The notes beneath the pieces are model-generated. The model had not been told where the DNA came from and did no database searches. It was given only the letters and a program-made list of their open reading frames with translations. Below are positions 28,948 through 41,990 of a stretch of DNA of 64,000 nucleotides, piece after piece; the first letter of the stretch is position 1; each line of letters begins with the position of its first letter. The DNA comes from Octopus vulgaris (Eukaryota). Position numbers and translations under genes: made by a program. The stretch covers positions 27,838,001 through 27,902,000 of the forward strand of contig OX597826.1 in NCBI GenBank assembly GCA_951406725.2, given 5' to 3'.

Positions 28948-29285
28948 CGTATCTATATCTATATAAATATATATATATACATACATACATACATACATAC
29001 ATACATACATACATACATACATACGTACGTACATACATACATACGTACGTACGTACATACATACATACATACATACATACATACATACATACATACATAC
29101 ATACATACATACATGCATGCATGCATGTATACGACAGGCGTTTTTCAGTTTCTGTCTACCAAATCTACCCTGAAAGCTTTGGTCAGCGGGAGACTATAAT
29201 AGAAGATACCCAATGTGCCGAAGTGGGACTGAACCCGATGCGATGTATCGGAAAGCAAACTTCTAGTGACACTGCCACGCGTGCA
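28678..29285 (-). mobile_element. Diverged SINE family A with an expanded internal (AGAT)n(ACAT)n
   Basis: Tail half at about 28678-28770 and head at about 29130-29285. Confidence 0.7.
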
Positions 29286-29394
29286 CCTATGAATTTTTCC
29301 CTAAAGACTTCGTTCCTTGCGTTTAATTTCAGTATCATAAGAGCAATATTATGGCGTGCGTGGTGGAACGCCACATACATTCATCCATTTGACA

Positions 29395-29699
29395 TAACTG
29401 TGTGGTAAGTAGCTTGCTTCCCAGCCACATGGTTCCGGGTTCAGTCCCACTGCGTGGTACATTGCGCGAATGTCTTCTGCTATAGCCCCGGGCTGACCAA
29501 AGCCTTGCGAGTAGATTTGGTAGATGGAAACCGAAAGAAGCCTGTCAAATATATATGTGTGTGTGTGTGTGTGCGTGTGTGTATAAATATATACATACAG
29601 GAGTGGCTCTGCGGTAAAAAGCTTGCTTACCACCACATGGTTCCGGGTTCAGTCCCACTGCGTGACATATTGCGCATGTGTCTTCTACTATATATATAA

Positions 29700-29754
<55 letters not shown>

Positions 29755-30018
29755 TGTGTGTGTGTGTGTGTTTGTGTATGTGTGTATGTGTGTGCGTAGT
29801 TCTCTTTGTGTCTGTCGGCCCCACCACAATCACCGCTCGATAATAAGTATAGGTGTGTTTACATCTCCGTAACTTAGCGGCTCGGCAAAATAGGTCTATA
29901 GAATACGTATCGAGCTTTAAATAAATACATTAAGTACTAGGATCCATTAATTTCAACAAAAATTCTTCAAGGCGCTGCCCCAGCATGGCCTCAGTCTCCT
30001 AACTGAAACGAGTAAATA
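29395..30018 (+). mobile_element. Two SINE family A copies (head-only at 29395-29545; partial at 29598-30018)
   Basis: ggttccgggttcagtcccactgcgtg occurs twice; tail cagcatggcc...actgaaacgagta. Confidence 0.8.
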
Positions 30019-30087
30019 ATATGCGATGGAAGGTATATAGAAATGTTTGACTAATGTATGCGCGCATATGTGTAGATAGATATTATG

Positions 30088-30233
<146 letters not shown>

Positions 30234-30244
30234 CATACACAGAG

Positions 30245-30390
30245 TTTCTCACTTCCTGAGGGTTAAACTAATGCATTAGTATTAGTTTAACGCTCGGGAA
30301 ATGAGAAAGTCTTTTACGATTCCAGCCTACGCTCTTCGACAGAAAGGAACACAGAAAAAAACAGGGAGAAAAAATATAAAAAGGTTTAGT
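30245..30390 (-). mobile_element. Penelope-like fragment with a fold-back end and a decayed hammerhead-like motif
   Basis: Inverted repeat at 30245-30308; minus-strand ctgtcga-a-gagc-gtag-gctg-gaat-cgta; homolog of 49950-50090. Confidence 0.55.
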
Positions 30391-30492
30391 GGCATATATG
30401 CGTGTGTGTATTCATATACATATATGTATATATGTATGTATTCATGTATACATATATATATGTATACAAACATACATACATACATACATACT

Positions 30493-30533
<41 letters not shown>

Positions 30534-30535
<2 letters not shown>

Positions 30536-31351
30536 TAGCTTAAAAGCCGCCCTGTCATGAAGCTTCTAAGCTAGCTCCTGTGGAGGGCTCTTCATTAGGA
30601 CTTGGACCCAACAATTGCACTCCATGCATTAAGAACATATTAAATTTTACTAAACTTCAACAATATTTTTCAAGCAATGAACGATTTTCATCAAGACCTC
30701 TGACTTGGTGGAACTTATTGCAAAGCTGCATGGTAAACAGCAGTACCACCACCACAATCGCCATCATATCCGCCATATATACATACATACACCATTCAGA
30801 CTTCTGACGCCACCACTATCAATATCTTTGACTTCGCCGCCTTCCCCTCCTTCACCATTACCAATGTCTTTCACATCGCTTACCCTCACCCCCTCACCTA
30901 CCACCACCACCATCATCAACGCCGCCTCAGACTATATCACAACTACAGCTCATACTATTACCATAACTCTATACCATCACAAAACAGCTAAACATTTGTC
31001 TTCAGTAAGTTAGTTCAGTGTTCAGTCCCTCTTTCTCTCACGCACCTACTCTTTCTCTCTCCCTCTTATTACTACTCTTACTGCCACCATCAACACTTCT
31101 ACTTGTAGTAAAAACATCATCAACTCTCCCTAAATTTCTTTGCCTCTTTTACTCTCCCTCTCTATTTCTCTCTTTCACTTTCTCCCTCTCTCTCTTTCTC
31201 TCTCTTTCTCTCTCTTTCTGTCTGTCTACGCCACGGCCCTTACCGTCTCTATGTCTACTACTTTTACTCTCACCCTAACATGAGCAATTCTAAGAGTGAG
31301 ATAGGGAGTTGAAGTGTGACATACTGACACACAGAAATTACTTTTCGCATT

Positions 31352-31360
<9 letters not shown>
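30534..31360 (-). mobile_element. Helitron-like non-autonomous element
   Basis: ACTAG after (TA)n at the left end; cgcatttattatata at the right end, resembling a minus-strand (TC)TATATAATAAA start; internal CCA- and CT-rich repeats. Confidence 0.45.
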
Positions 31361-31412
<52 letters not shown>

Positions 31413-31453
31413 TACATATATATACGCATACATTCATACACACACACGCATAT

Positions 31454-31500
<47 letters not shown>

Positions 31501-31804
31501 TGTATATATATATATATATGCACATGTATATATATATATTTATATGTATATATATATATGTGTGTGTGTGTATGTATAAAAACATATTCGGTTTGTGGCT
31601 TGTATACTTTATGATAAGCGTCTACTAAGCACTGTAATACTGTGTACATGTTTTATAGATAAATGTATATATGTGTTTATGCGCGCGCGTGTGTGTGTGT
31701 GTGAGTCTGTTTGATTGTGTCTGTGTCTGTAGGTGCGTGTGCATGCATGTGTGTTTGTCCGTGTCTACCTCTATGTGTGTGTAAGTGTGTGTGTATCAGT
31801 GTGA

Positions 31805-31847
<43 letters not shown>

Positions 31848-32229
31848 TGTGTGTGTGTGTGAAATTAGTTTATTGCAATATTTACCAGACGTGGTGAATA
31901 TCACGAGATAAAACCATAACATCGTTATGATAACGGAGACATATTTGATTGATAAAATCATTGCACTCCAAGTCGATTATTATGCATCTTATATATATAT
32001 ATATATGATGTGTAATATACATATATGCATACATATATGTATATATATACACAAATATATATATTTATATATATATATATGTATACGTGTGCACCTATGC
32101 ATGCGCTTGTGTATGCTTTCGTATATGTTTTGTGCCTCCGTAGGTGTAAATGATTATGTGTGTACACACCCACATATACGTACACATACATACAAAAATT
32201 CTCGTGTATTCCATATACCGTCTTTTATT

Positions 32230-32282
<53 letters not shown>

Positions 32283-32401
32283 CATATATATATATATACA
32301 TATATTATTTACGTGTATGTATATATATATATATCCACACACACTTGTATATATATGTACAGCTATATATTCATATACGTCATATTCATATTCCTTACAT
32401 A

Positions 32402-32466
<65 letters not shown>

Positions 32467-33194
32467 TATATATATATATGCATATGCATATATATATATG
32501 TATATATATATATTTATATATACACGTATATATATACATATACATATATATATATATATATAATATATATATATAATACATATATGTACATATACATATG
32601 TATATATATGTATATATATAAATATAGTTGTGCATATATATAGTTGTATAGTTGTATAATTATAAATACGTCTGTGTGGGGGGGGTGCCCAAACTAGACT
32701 ATCAAGCTAATGTAATGAAGAGAAATTAAAGAAATCCGAAGATAAAGCGGAAACAATTTTTGGCCAATAAACGTAACATAAATATGGTGGCTTGATATGA
32801 CATGAATTAGCTACCATGTGATACGAGGCGATACCATGTGATATGTCATTAAGATACGAGCAAAACAGCGTCATAATTGGTTTGCTTCTCGTTTATAACG
32901 ATGACGATAAACATCTGAAGATAAAATGTATAAATCCTGTTTTTATGTGGGTGTGATTGTGTATGTGTATCTATTTGTGAGTGTGTAGAAAGTATCATAG
33001 ACGTGTATGCGTGTATGGTGTATTATTACTAGCATAGATTTGTAAGCGCATTTGTATACAATTATCTACGTAGATATCGGTATATATGTATCTGTGTATA
33101 TGTATGTGTGAGTGTGTTTGTGTGTGTGTGCACAATGTATCCATCTGTCTGTTTATCCCTCTGTTGTCTATTTTCTGTTGATGTATCTAAATAG

Positions 33195-33248
<54 letters not shown>

Positions 33249-33299
33249 ATATATTTCATATATAATTGTGTGTACGTTTGCATATATATATATATAAAA

Positions 33300-33498
33300 T
33301 CTTTTCTCGCATATGCTTCTTTCGGTCATTAGACAGCGGCCCTGCTGTGGCACCGCCTTGAAGAATTTTTAGTTTAAATTTAAGCATAGTACTTACGCTG
33401 TCAGTTGCTTGTGTCGAAGTGCTAAGTTACAAGAACAAAAGCACACCAACACCGGTTGTCAAACCTGGACGCAGAGACACATACATACATGTGCTCGT

Positions 33499-33531
<33 letters not shown>

Positions 33532-33759
33532 CTCTCTTACTTGTTTCAGTCATTTTACTGTCACCATGCTGGAGTATCGCCTTTACTCGAGCATATCGAC
33601 CCCAAGACTTATTCTTTGTAAGCCTAGTACTTAATCTATCGGTCACTATTGCCGAACCGCTAAGTTACGGGGACGTAAACACACCAGCATCGGTTGTCAA
33701 GCGATGTTGGGAGGGGGACAAACGGACACACAAATATATACACACACATACATAAATAA

Positions 33760-33804
<45 letters not shown>

Positions 33805-33983
33805 AACACATACATATATACGATGGCTTCTTTCAGTTTCCGTCTACCAAATCCACTCAGAAGGCTTTGGTCGGCCCGAAGCTATAGTAGAAGACACTTG
33901 CCCAAGGTGCCACGCAGTGGGACTGAGCCCGGCACCATGTGGTTCGTTAGCAAGCTACTTACCACACAGCCACTCCTACGCCT
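33300..33983 (-). mobile_element. SINE family A: old 3' half (33300-33480) plus a young full copy (33532-33983)
   Basis: Direct homology to the other copies. Confidence 0.88.
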
Positions 33984-34281
33984 GTATGTATATAGAAGGA
34001 AGCCCGATAACTGCAAGGTTTCTATAGCTTTCAGTATTACCGTGGACTTTTGTATATTTACGTCACGAACTTTACGATTCATTCCGTTGATGCCCTAGGT
34101 TACGCGCTCGATGCCTTCCTCCAGGCTACGGGAGATAATGAAGCAATAGATCAAGAAATTATGAGTATTGACAGATCGATATACTCAACACTTACTCTTT
34201 CTTTGGTGGCTGAAAGTAAATTTTATCTATCTATCTTCAAAGTATTTTATATGAGCCGTTTGTATATGCCTATATATATAT

Positions 34282-34325
34282 ATACTACACACGGACCGGT
34301 TTCGAAACCGGTCCGTGTGTAGTAT
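34282..34325. repeat. Perfect 44-bp palindrome with no spacer
   Basis: atactacacacggaccggtttc|gaaaccggtccgtgtgtagtat. Confidence 0.95.
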
Positions 34326-34504
34326 CCGTATCTTCGGGGAGGCTGATCTCCCTTTGCTGGCTGGCAAGGACACCGAGATGGTGTCAGCTCTTCTGGTGAC
34401 GTCGATGTTCGCCTGGGGCTAAATGCATCAGTAACACCCCCACCACCCCGCCCTGACCCTAGCCACATTCAGATGGCTGATCCCTCTTATGTTATATATA
34501 TATA

Positions 34505-35873
34505 CGCGGCCAGCTATTCAGGTCTGCATACTTTTCCATTCTTCCATCGCCATAAGTCTTTCAATAAATGGAATGGCAAATGAAATTTAAGGTCACCAGT
34601 ATCAAACACAAGTACTCCCTTCGGGGTAATAAGTATTCGGGCTGTTGCCATAGTAACGAAGATGAAGCACGCAGAGTGAAGCCGCTTGGCACAGATTGAC
34701 CTTATCCTCTACTGTGCAAGTACACTAAGTTTTAACGTTCTAGCTTACTTCTGCTGTTCAGGACAGCACTTGGAAAGAACGTGTGTAGCATGTGATCATC
34801 GCATTGAACATAACAGAAAGTTGAGAAGAAAATCTACATAAAATTTTGCCAAAATCTTGGCGATACCTGCTGAGAGGCCTACTCAAATTTTTTGTCAAAG
34901 GTTTTTGTCGTTCTCGAGACAATCACAGAGATTTTGTGCAACTGAAAGTCGGGTGTTTTCTTGGTTAACTGGAAGCAGTTTTGGCACAAACTTGGTAGAC
35001 ACGCGTCTCATACTAAAATCTAATCATGGATGGTGATTTGACGATTTCCCCTCACAGCTGCACACACATCTGTGATGTTTTTGTCAGTTCTGCTGGTTGC
35101 GGGTCTCCCAGAACGTTCGTCAATATCGACATTTTTCGGCCATCTTGGAAACATCTAAACCACTCGTACACTTGTGTGCAGATCATACACTCCTCTCCAT
35201 ACACTTTCTACAACTTTGCGCCGGCTTCTCTACAGGTATCACCATGACAACTTCCTCTGCCATAGTTAATGAGACAATATCACGCTACACACCTTCCTTC
35301 CAAGCACTGATATAAACATCAGAAATGGGTTAGAATGTTAAAACTTAGTGCACACTCACAAAAGCGTTCAAGGTCAATCTGTTCCAAGTGGTTTCCTTCT
35401 GAGTGCTTTAGCTTCATTACTATGGCTACAGGCCGGATACTTATTAATCAGACATATACATATGCGTGAAAAGGAGCATGGATCAGTGGTAGAGCGTCGG
35501 ATTCACAATCATGTGGTAGTGAGTTCCTTACTCGAACCGGGCTGTGTTGTATTCTTGAACAAGACACTTTATCTCACATTGCTTGAGTTCACTCAGCTGT
35601 AGAAATTAATTGTGACGTCACTGGTGCCAAGCTGTATCGGTCTCTTTGCCTCTTCCTTGGATTACATCGGTGTCGTGGAGAGGGGAGGCTGGTATGCATG
35701 GGCGACTGCTAGTCTTCCATAACCCACCTTGCCTATCCCATGGTCACTCATAACCGAAGGGAGTACTTGTGTTTGACACTGGTGACCTTAAGTTTCATTT
35801 ACCATTCCATTTATTGAAAGACTTATGGCGATGGAAGAATGGAGAAGTATGCAGACCTGAATAGCTGGTCGCG
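34505..35873. mobile_element. Fold-back mariner derivative with TA TSD and transposase N-terminal relics on both strands
   Basis: TA|cgcggccagctattcagg...cctgaatagctggtcgcg|TA. Inverted arms of ~235 bp: 34505-34740 versus 35335-35450 plus 35745-35873. Plus strand EKKIYIKFCQNLGDTC; minus strand QVYEWFRCFQDG..DERSGRP..MRRVSTKFVPKLL. Confidence 0.85.
35470..35730 (+). mobile_element. SINE family D inserted in the mariner arm
   Basis: A box tggatcagtgg and cttgaacaagacactttat; it interrupts the inverted arm. Confidence 0.75.
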
Positions 35874-36023
35874 TACATTTACAAAGCTGTGAGGCTGAAT
35901 ATCCCTTTGAATAGTCCTTTGAGAGGCCATGGTCGGCGAGTCAGAAATGCCATAAATACGGAGAGAGCACGAGGTGGTAATCTTCTTTGAAGAGGGAGTA
36001 ATCACCACATATGTACGTATGTT

Positions 36024-36056
<33 letters not shown>

Positions 36057-36669
36057 GCTTATATGTGCGTGCCTATGCGCATGTATGTATATATACACAC
36101 ACACACACTCACACACACATTACATATAGCGGGGTGAGCATACGAACGTTTGAATTTACAAATGATATAAAATATACACTCAACAGAGATGACGAATGTA
36201 ATCATATACTTTAGTGTTTTGACTTGATTTCAGTTGCTACAAAGATATAGTTGGGTTCCGCCGCTGATCATATAACGAAATTCTGAATTGTGAGCTACTT
36301 TATTTTCAGCAAATATTATATACTTGGGTGGTGGCTAAATTGAAAACGACGATATAAAATATCTCAAACACCAATAAAAAACGAAAAAGGAAAGATAAAA
36401 TATAAACTTATTATCTACTGTTAAATCTGTGTCCAACGATCGTTCCGAATTTCTGGAACGAATGGTTATGTTGATATGATCGTTCTTTAAATATATTTAC
36501 AGTTAATGTATTGCAGTCCCCACAAAATGGATTTTCAGCTGTAACTGTTTCACATAAAGTTATCGCCATTATTACCATTCCTATTATCAGCATTAGTATC
36601 ATATCTACCAACTTCCTCATTCTTATTATTTTCGTCAACGTTTTCGTCTTCTATATTTTAATCATCCAT

Positions 36670-36850
36670 CTCTTAGGGGCATTTCTTCCGCCTTTACTTT
36701 GTGAGTTCAAATTCTGCCAATGTCTTCTTCGCTTTCCATCCCTTCCCTTCGGTGTTGATAAAAGAATTACCAATCACTTGGGGGAGGGCATATAATCAAC
36801 AGTTACCCCTCCCTCAAAATCACTGTCCTTGTATCAAACTTTGAAAACAA
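36670..36850 (+). mobile_element. Diverged SINE family B
   Basis: gagttcaaattctgcc...ctttccatcc. Confidence 0.55.
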
Positions 36851-37028
36851 TGTTACAGGCTTACTTTAAGCATTCATCTATTGGTTGAGGGAGGAGGATT
36901 GGGAAAGGGCACTTTGCCCTAACGGCCAAGAACATCGTGGTTTTGTGGGACATCCACTTTCAACCCAAGAAAGTTTTCCTCACTATTGTTATCGATCTGC
37001 TTGTGAACCTTCAGTGCTTAATAGCGAA

Positions 37029-37085
<57 letters not shown>

Positions 37086-37179
37086 TATTATTGTTGTTGT
37101 TGTTGTTGTTTTTGTTGTTATTATAATGATAATTATTATAATCATCACTGCTGCGGTTATTGTTGAGGTTGAAGATGAC

Positions 37180-38070
37180 CATCTCTCTCCCCTCTCACTC
37201 CTCTCTCTCTCTCTTCTCTATCTCCATTCTCTCTCTCCTCTCTCTCCTCTCCCTCTCTTCTCTATCTCCATTCTCTCTCCCCTTCTCTCTTTCCATTCCC
37301 TCTCTTCCTCTATCTCTATGGCACTCTCAGTCCCCTCTCTATTCTCCTCTTCCACTTTACCTCACCCTCCGCTCTATCTCCTTCTCCTCCCTTTCTCTTT
37401 CTCACTCTCCCTCTCTCGCTTACTCTCTTCCCCTTACCTCTCCTATTACCTCTCCCACTCCTGTCTCCTCTCCCTCCCATTCTCCTCCCCTTTTTCTCTC
37501 CACCTCACACCTTCTTTCCTTCTTCTCACACTCTCTCCCCTTCTCTCTCCCCTCTCGCTTTTCTCTCTCTCCCTTTACCACCCGCCCCTCTACCTTCTTT
37601 CCCGCCATTTCCCTTTCTCTACTCTCTCTCTTTCTCACTCCCCTTCTCTCTCACTCTCTCTTTTCCCACCTCCCCACTCTCTCCCCCTTTACCTCCCCAT
37701 TTACCTCTCCCTCTTCTCTGTCTCCTCTCCTTCCCATTCTCCTACCCTTTTCCCCTCTCCCACCTCACACCCTCTCTCCTCCTTCTCCCCTTCTCTCTCC
37801 CCCTCTCCCTCTCTCTTATACCATTTGTCCAATACCAATTCAAACTAATTCTCACAAACATCACAATTAATTATTCATTTCTGTCTTTTGCTCCTCCATT
37901 GTTATCCTTCATTCCGCCACCCCACTCTTCATTACATTAAAATTTCCTTACCTCCGTCTAATCCTCACCCTCCCCTTCTTCCTCCTACTTTTCTCCTTTT
38001 CCTCCTTCCTTCCCCTTCTCCACCTCCGTCTTCTCTTTCTTCCCTTCTCCCCCTCCGCCATCTTTCATAA
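37180..38070. repeat. ~900-bp polypyrimidine low-complexity tract
   Basis: Almost entirely C and T on the plus strand. Confidence 0.9.
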
Positions 38071-38189
38071 TCTTCTCACATCTTATTGTTTTTGTTTTTT
38101 TATCGTTGATAGATTTATCTATTTGTTTCCTTTAATTATTTATTTACGCAGACGACAACTGTTTCCGCCTCCTTTCACACCCATCCACC

Positions 38190-39300
38190 CTCTGCCACCG
38201 CCACCGCCGCCCCCGTCGCCGCTGCCACCATTTCGCATCTTATGTAAACCTGACCTATCACTATCACCACGATCGACACCACTATCACCATCACTACAAC
38301 TACTACTACTACTACTGCAAACGTTACCACCACCGTCACCACCACCGTCACTGTCACCCTTACCATCTCCGTCACCATCGCCATCACCACCACCAATGCC
38401 GCCACCACCACCACGCCTGTCATCACTACCAACACCGCCACCACCTTCACTACCGCCGCCACCACCACCACCACCACCACCACCACTACCAAAAACAACA
38501 ACAACAACACTCCCTCCACCACCAATACCACCGCGAAAAAATGCCAACACCATCAAAACCTCCGCCACTACCACCAATACCACTATCCCTAACGTGACCG
38601 CCACGACCACCTCCACCGCCGCCAGGGCCACCACAGCCAACACCGAAACCGCCACCACTTCTAACCCCACTACTACCAGCACTACCGCTACCACCACCAC
38701 AATCACCACCACCACCACCGCTACTACTAACAACATGACCACAACCAACACGCGCACGCATTCACGCATACATCCGACTTGGTTATTGTGTTCATTATAT
38801 TTATATAGAATTTCAGATGAAAAATTTATCTCAATTTGCCATTTTCTCCAGGGAGACACCCACACACACACGCATTCGCACGCACATACACACCCATACA
38901 CACACACACACTCACACACACACATACAGTCACTCACACAGACATACGCTGAAACACACACATATATACACTCACACACTCACACACATACACACATATA
39001 CACATACACACAGACATACCAACGCACTCAAACATGCATACACACACACACACACACACACACAAAACACATACACACCCATGCACATACACAACAGAGC
39101 ACACCTACGTACATACACATACATATACACAGCACAATACACAGACACATATACACACACACAACGCAAGACGCACAAGTACACACATACACACACAACT
39201 CTCATACACACTTATACACGTAACGCACGCAGATACAACACACACATACACACTACACACAGACACACACATTTCACACACGCGCATGCACACACGCACT
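38190..39300. repeat. Degenerate (CCA/ACC)n followed by degenerate (CA)n
   Basis: Explains the Pro/Thr/His-rich ORF 38123-39223. Confidence 0.85.
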
Positions 39301-39756
39301 TCCTACCGTTTTACCGTCCACTCTGTATGGTGCCTTTACCTGATGTAGTATCTGTATTGCTTTCTAGATCGTACATCGTACTTCCTAATCGCTAAATAGC
39401 GACCTCTAGCGTCCGCTGCTGTGCATAACAGAAAAAGAGCAAGAAAACAGGGTCGGTGCCATTAGAGACAATCTCGGATTCTCAGATCTTATGTTTCAAG
39501 GTTGCCTGTTGCTGTAATTCTTTTTTCTTTCTTTCTACTAAAGTACCTAATGCAGGTGTATCAAATACCATACAGCATAAAGTTTTCACTTATTCAAATA
39601 ATCCCCCACCGCTAAAAGATGCATCAACATTACCAAAATGTTATTGAGACCAGCACCAATCGAGAAGTAGAGATAATCTCAAGATTAAAGACTTCCTCCA
39701 AACCTAGCATGCCGTTAAGGAGAAAGACAGGTTTATAATCTGGAAATAAGAGGACA

Positions 39757-39799
39757 GTCACAGACGTGTTTCTACCACAATAGGTGTCATCAGCACGAC
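39757..39799 (-). ncRNA. Minimal type I hammerhead-like motif
   Basis: Minus strand gtcgtg-CTGATGA-cacc-tattgt-ggta-GAAA-cac-GTC-tgtgac. Confidence 0.5.
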
Positions 39800-40007
39800 A
39801 ACATTCCGACCTTAACTCTTGTAGGTAAGAGACTTCGGCGTGCAAAAACAAGTCGAATACATATACGGTGCAGCTAATTTGCATAATTTAAACAATCGTG
39901 AGATAAGGGAAATAACATAAATTGTCTTGTGTCAATCGGTTGTCAAGCGATGTTGGGGAGAACAAATTTTTCAGCGCTGTGTCTAAAATAAACTGGAATT
40001 TTAACAA

Positions 40008-40185
40008 AGGTGGCCAGCAGGAAGAATCATTGGTGTGCCGCTCAAAAATGCGTAGCAGTGTTTCTTCCGGCTGTTTACGTTCCAAATTCCACCAAGGTCG
40101 ATTTTGCCTTTCGTTCTTTAGGGATCGAGCACTGCGGTCAATGTAATCGACTAACCCCCCTCCCCTTATTTCGAAAGAATTATTA
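40008..40185 (+). mobile_element. SINE family B
   Basis: caaattccaccaaggtcgattttgccttt. Confidence 0.65.
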
Positions 40186-40539
40186 CTCTTAGCGTAGCTA
40201 TCACTAACAAACTTGCCTTCTATCATCTTCCCTTATTTAGAACGTTACTAAATAAATTTCTATCGCCCATTCTTTACAACCACGGACTCTGCAGCTTCCA
40301 CAACCAATGCCCTTTGTTGATATGTGTATTTCGTATTGTGTGCTTAGCTGAATAATTGTTTATTCTGACCAGCCATTCTTTGTTTAATGCACGTTGTAGC
40401 TGAAGATATTTGTTTCCATTATCGATGCGTTGATCGTTTGGCAAAGAGATGAGAGCATTTGTAAAAAGCCTTCCGTTAACACCGAACAACGTTTTATATT
40501 TACTTCTTTCACACATCATTCCTGTTGGGGTTTATACAA

Positions 40540-40755
40540 AAAGCGCGTGACTCAGTGGTTACGGTGTTGGACTCATGATTTTAAGACTGTGGCTTTGATT
40601 CCTAGACCGGGCGACGCGTTGTGTTCTCATTATAAATAATGAGTGACCCTGCAGTGGACTGGCGTCCCGTTTAGTGATGAGGGCGTATGTTGTGATCACA
40701 GTTACTTACATAACTTACGTGCCAGGGAAACCAGATAACTGACCCTATAAGGTTT
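40540..40755 (+). mobile_element. Diverged tRNA-derived SINE (E-like)
   Basis: A box tgactcagtgg, decayed B box, ccctgcagtggactggcgtccc body. Confidence 0.55.
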
Positions 40756-41428
40756 GGGACCAAGATAGTAATACCCAGTGGTTAATGATGAAGATTATGG
40801 AGCTGGTGGTGCTGCTGCGCCTACCAATGCTACTGCTGCTACTACTGCACCTATTGCTGCTGGGGGTACTACTGCTGCTACTGCTGTGGTTGCTGCTGTT
40901 GCTGTTGCTGCTGATGATGATGATGACAACGAAGATGATGATGATATATAATCGATTAGCTATTTTTCTATTAACTCTATATTTCTGACCTACGGCCTTT
41001 TGTAAAGGTTATAAGCAGAACTGTGAGGGGGTTGGTAAAAATGCGCGGTGGTATTTGCCACGGCTCCTTAGATTCTGAGTCCCAATCTCGGCCGAGCTCT
41101 ACTACGAATTTCATTCTCGTTGGGAGCGATAAAGCAAAATACCTGTCAAGAACTTGGGGGGGGGGGTCAACGATACCTGCTCCACCTTTCTCTTAAAAAC
41201 CACTGCTAAAGGCAACGAATTGGTAGAATCGTTTGGGTGTCACTGTAAATAATATTCTCTATTTGTTCTTTCTTTTTTTATGGTCTGATTTCAAATCCCA
41301 ACGAGGTCAACTTTGACTTATCCGGGATCGATAAACTATAATACCAATCACATCATGTGTTCTATGATGTCGACTCTCTCACAATTGTTGGCCATGTTTA
41401 AAAAATAGAAACATTTATTAATATAATT

Positions 41429-41840
41429 GGATCTTTTCGGTTTGAACGGCAGTTTTTAACATAATTTCTAGGTAACTAAAAAATGTTAAACGTCGTATAC
41501 TGGTAGAATGTGTTTATAAAACATCTTTTCTCTTGGCTTTATTGAGAAAATTCGATAGTTTGTAAGATATTTGTTGTTTTTTCTTCAATTTCTGCAATTT
41601 CAACCAATCACTGACGTATTTGAGGTAAAAAAAACATTCTGTGCCGTATGAATATGTCCCTCGTTTAAGAAACAGATTGGGTTTATTTACATTTGTGAAG
41701 AAAAAAAGATACCCGTCCCCCCACCCTAACCCTAACCCTAAAATAGATGGAAATGCAATAGATCGATACTAGGTCATAATTATGGGTGACAATTTCATAT
41801 GACACTGCTAGAAAAACTGCCGTTCAAACCGAAAAGATCC
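41429..41840. mobile_element. 412-bp MITE with perfect 29-bp TIRs and an 8-bp TSD (hAT- or Merlin-type)
   Basis: TIR ggatcttttcggtttgaacggcagttttt at 41429-41457 and 41812-41840; TSD atataatt at 41421-41428 and 41841-41848; internal (CCCTAA)3. Confidence 0.92.
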
Positions 41841-41865
41841 ATATAATTTTTGATATTTTTGACAT

Positions 41866-41990
41866 CGCAGGCGTGGCTGTGAGGTAAGAGGCTTGTTTCA
41901 CAACCACAGAGTTTCAGGTTTAGTCTCGCTGCATGGTACCTTGGGCAAGTGTCTTCTACTATAGCCTCGGGTCGACCAAAGCCTTGTGAA
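41866..41990 (+). mobile_element. SINE family A head
   Basis: gcaggcgtggctgtgaggtaag...ccttgggcaagtgtcttctactatagcc. Confidence 0.8.

Noticed and set aside
36937-37870. Leu/Ser/Pro-rich ORFs with apparent transmembrane stretches
   Set aside because: They come from (TTA)n and a CT tract that lack stop codons in those frames.
38123-39223. 366-aa Pro/Thr/His-rich ORF resembling a formin, extensin or mucin
   Set aside because: It is a translation of degenerate (CCA)n and (CA)n repeats, with a non-ATG start and no domain.
41724-41741. Telomere or chromosome-fusion scar
   Set aside because: Only three units, located inside a MITE.
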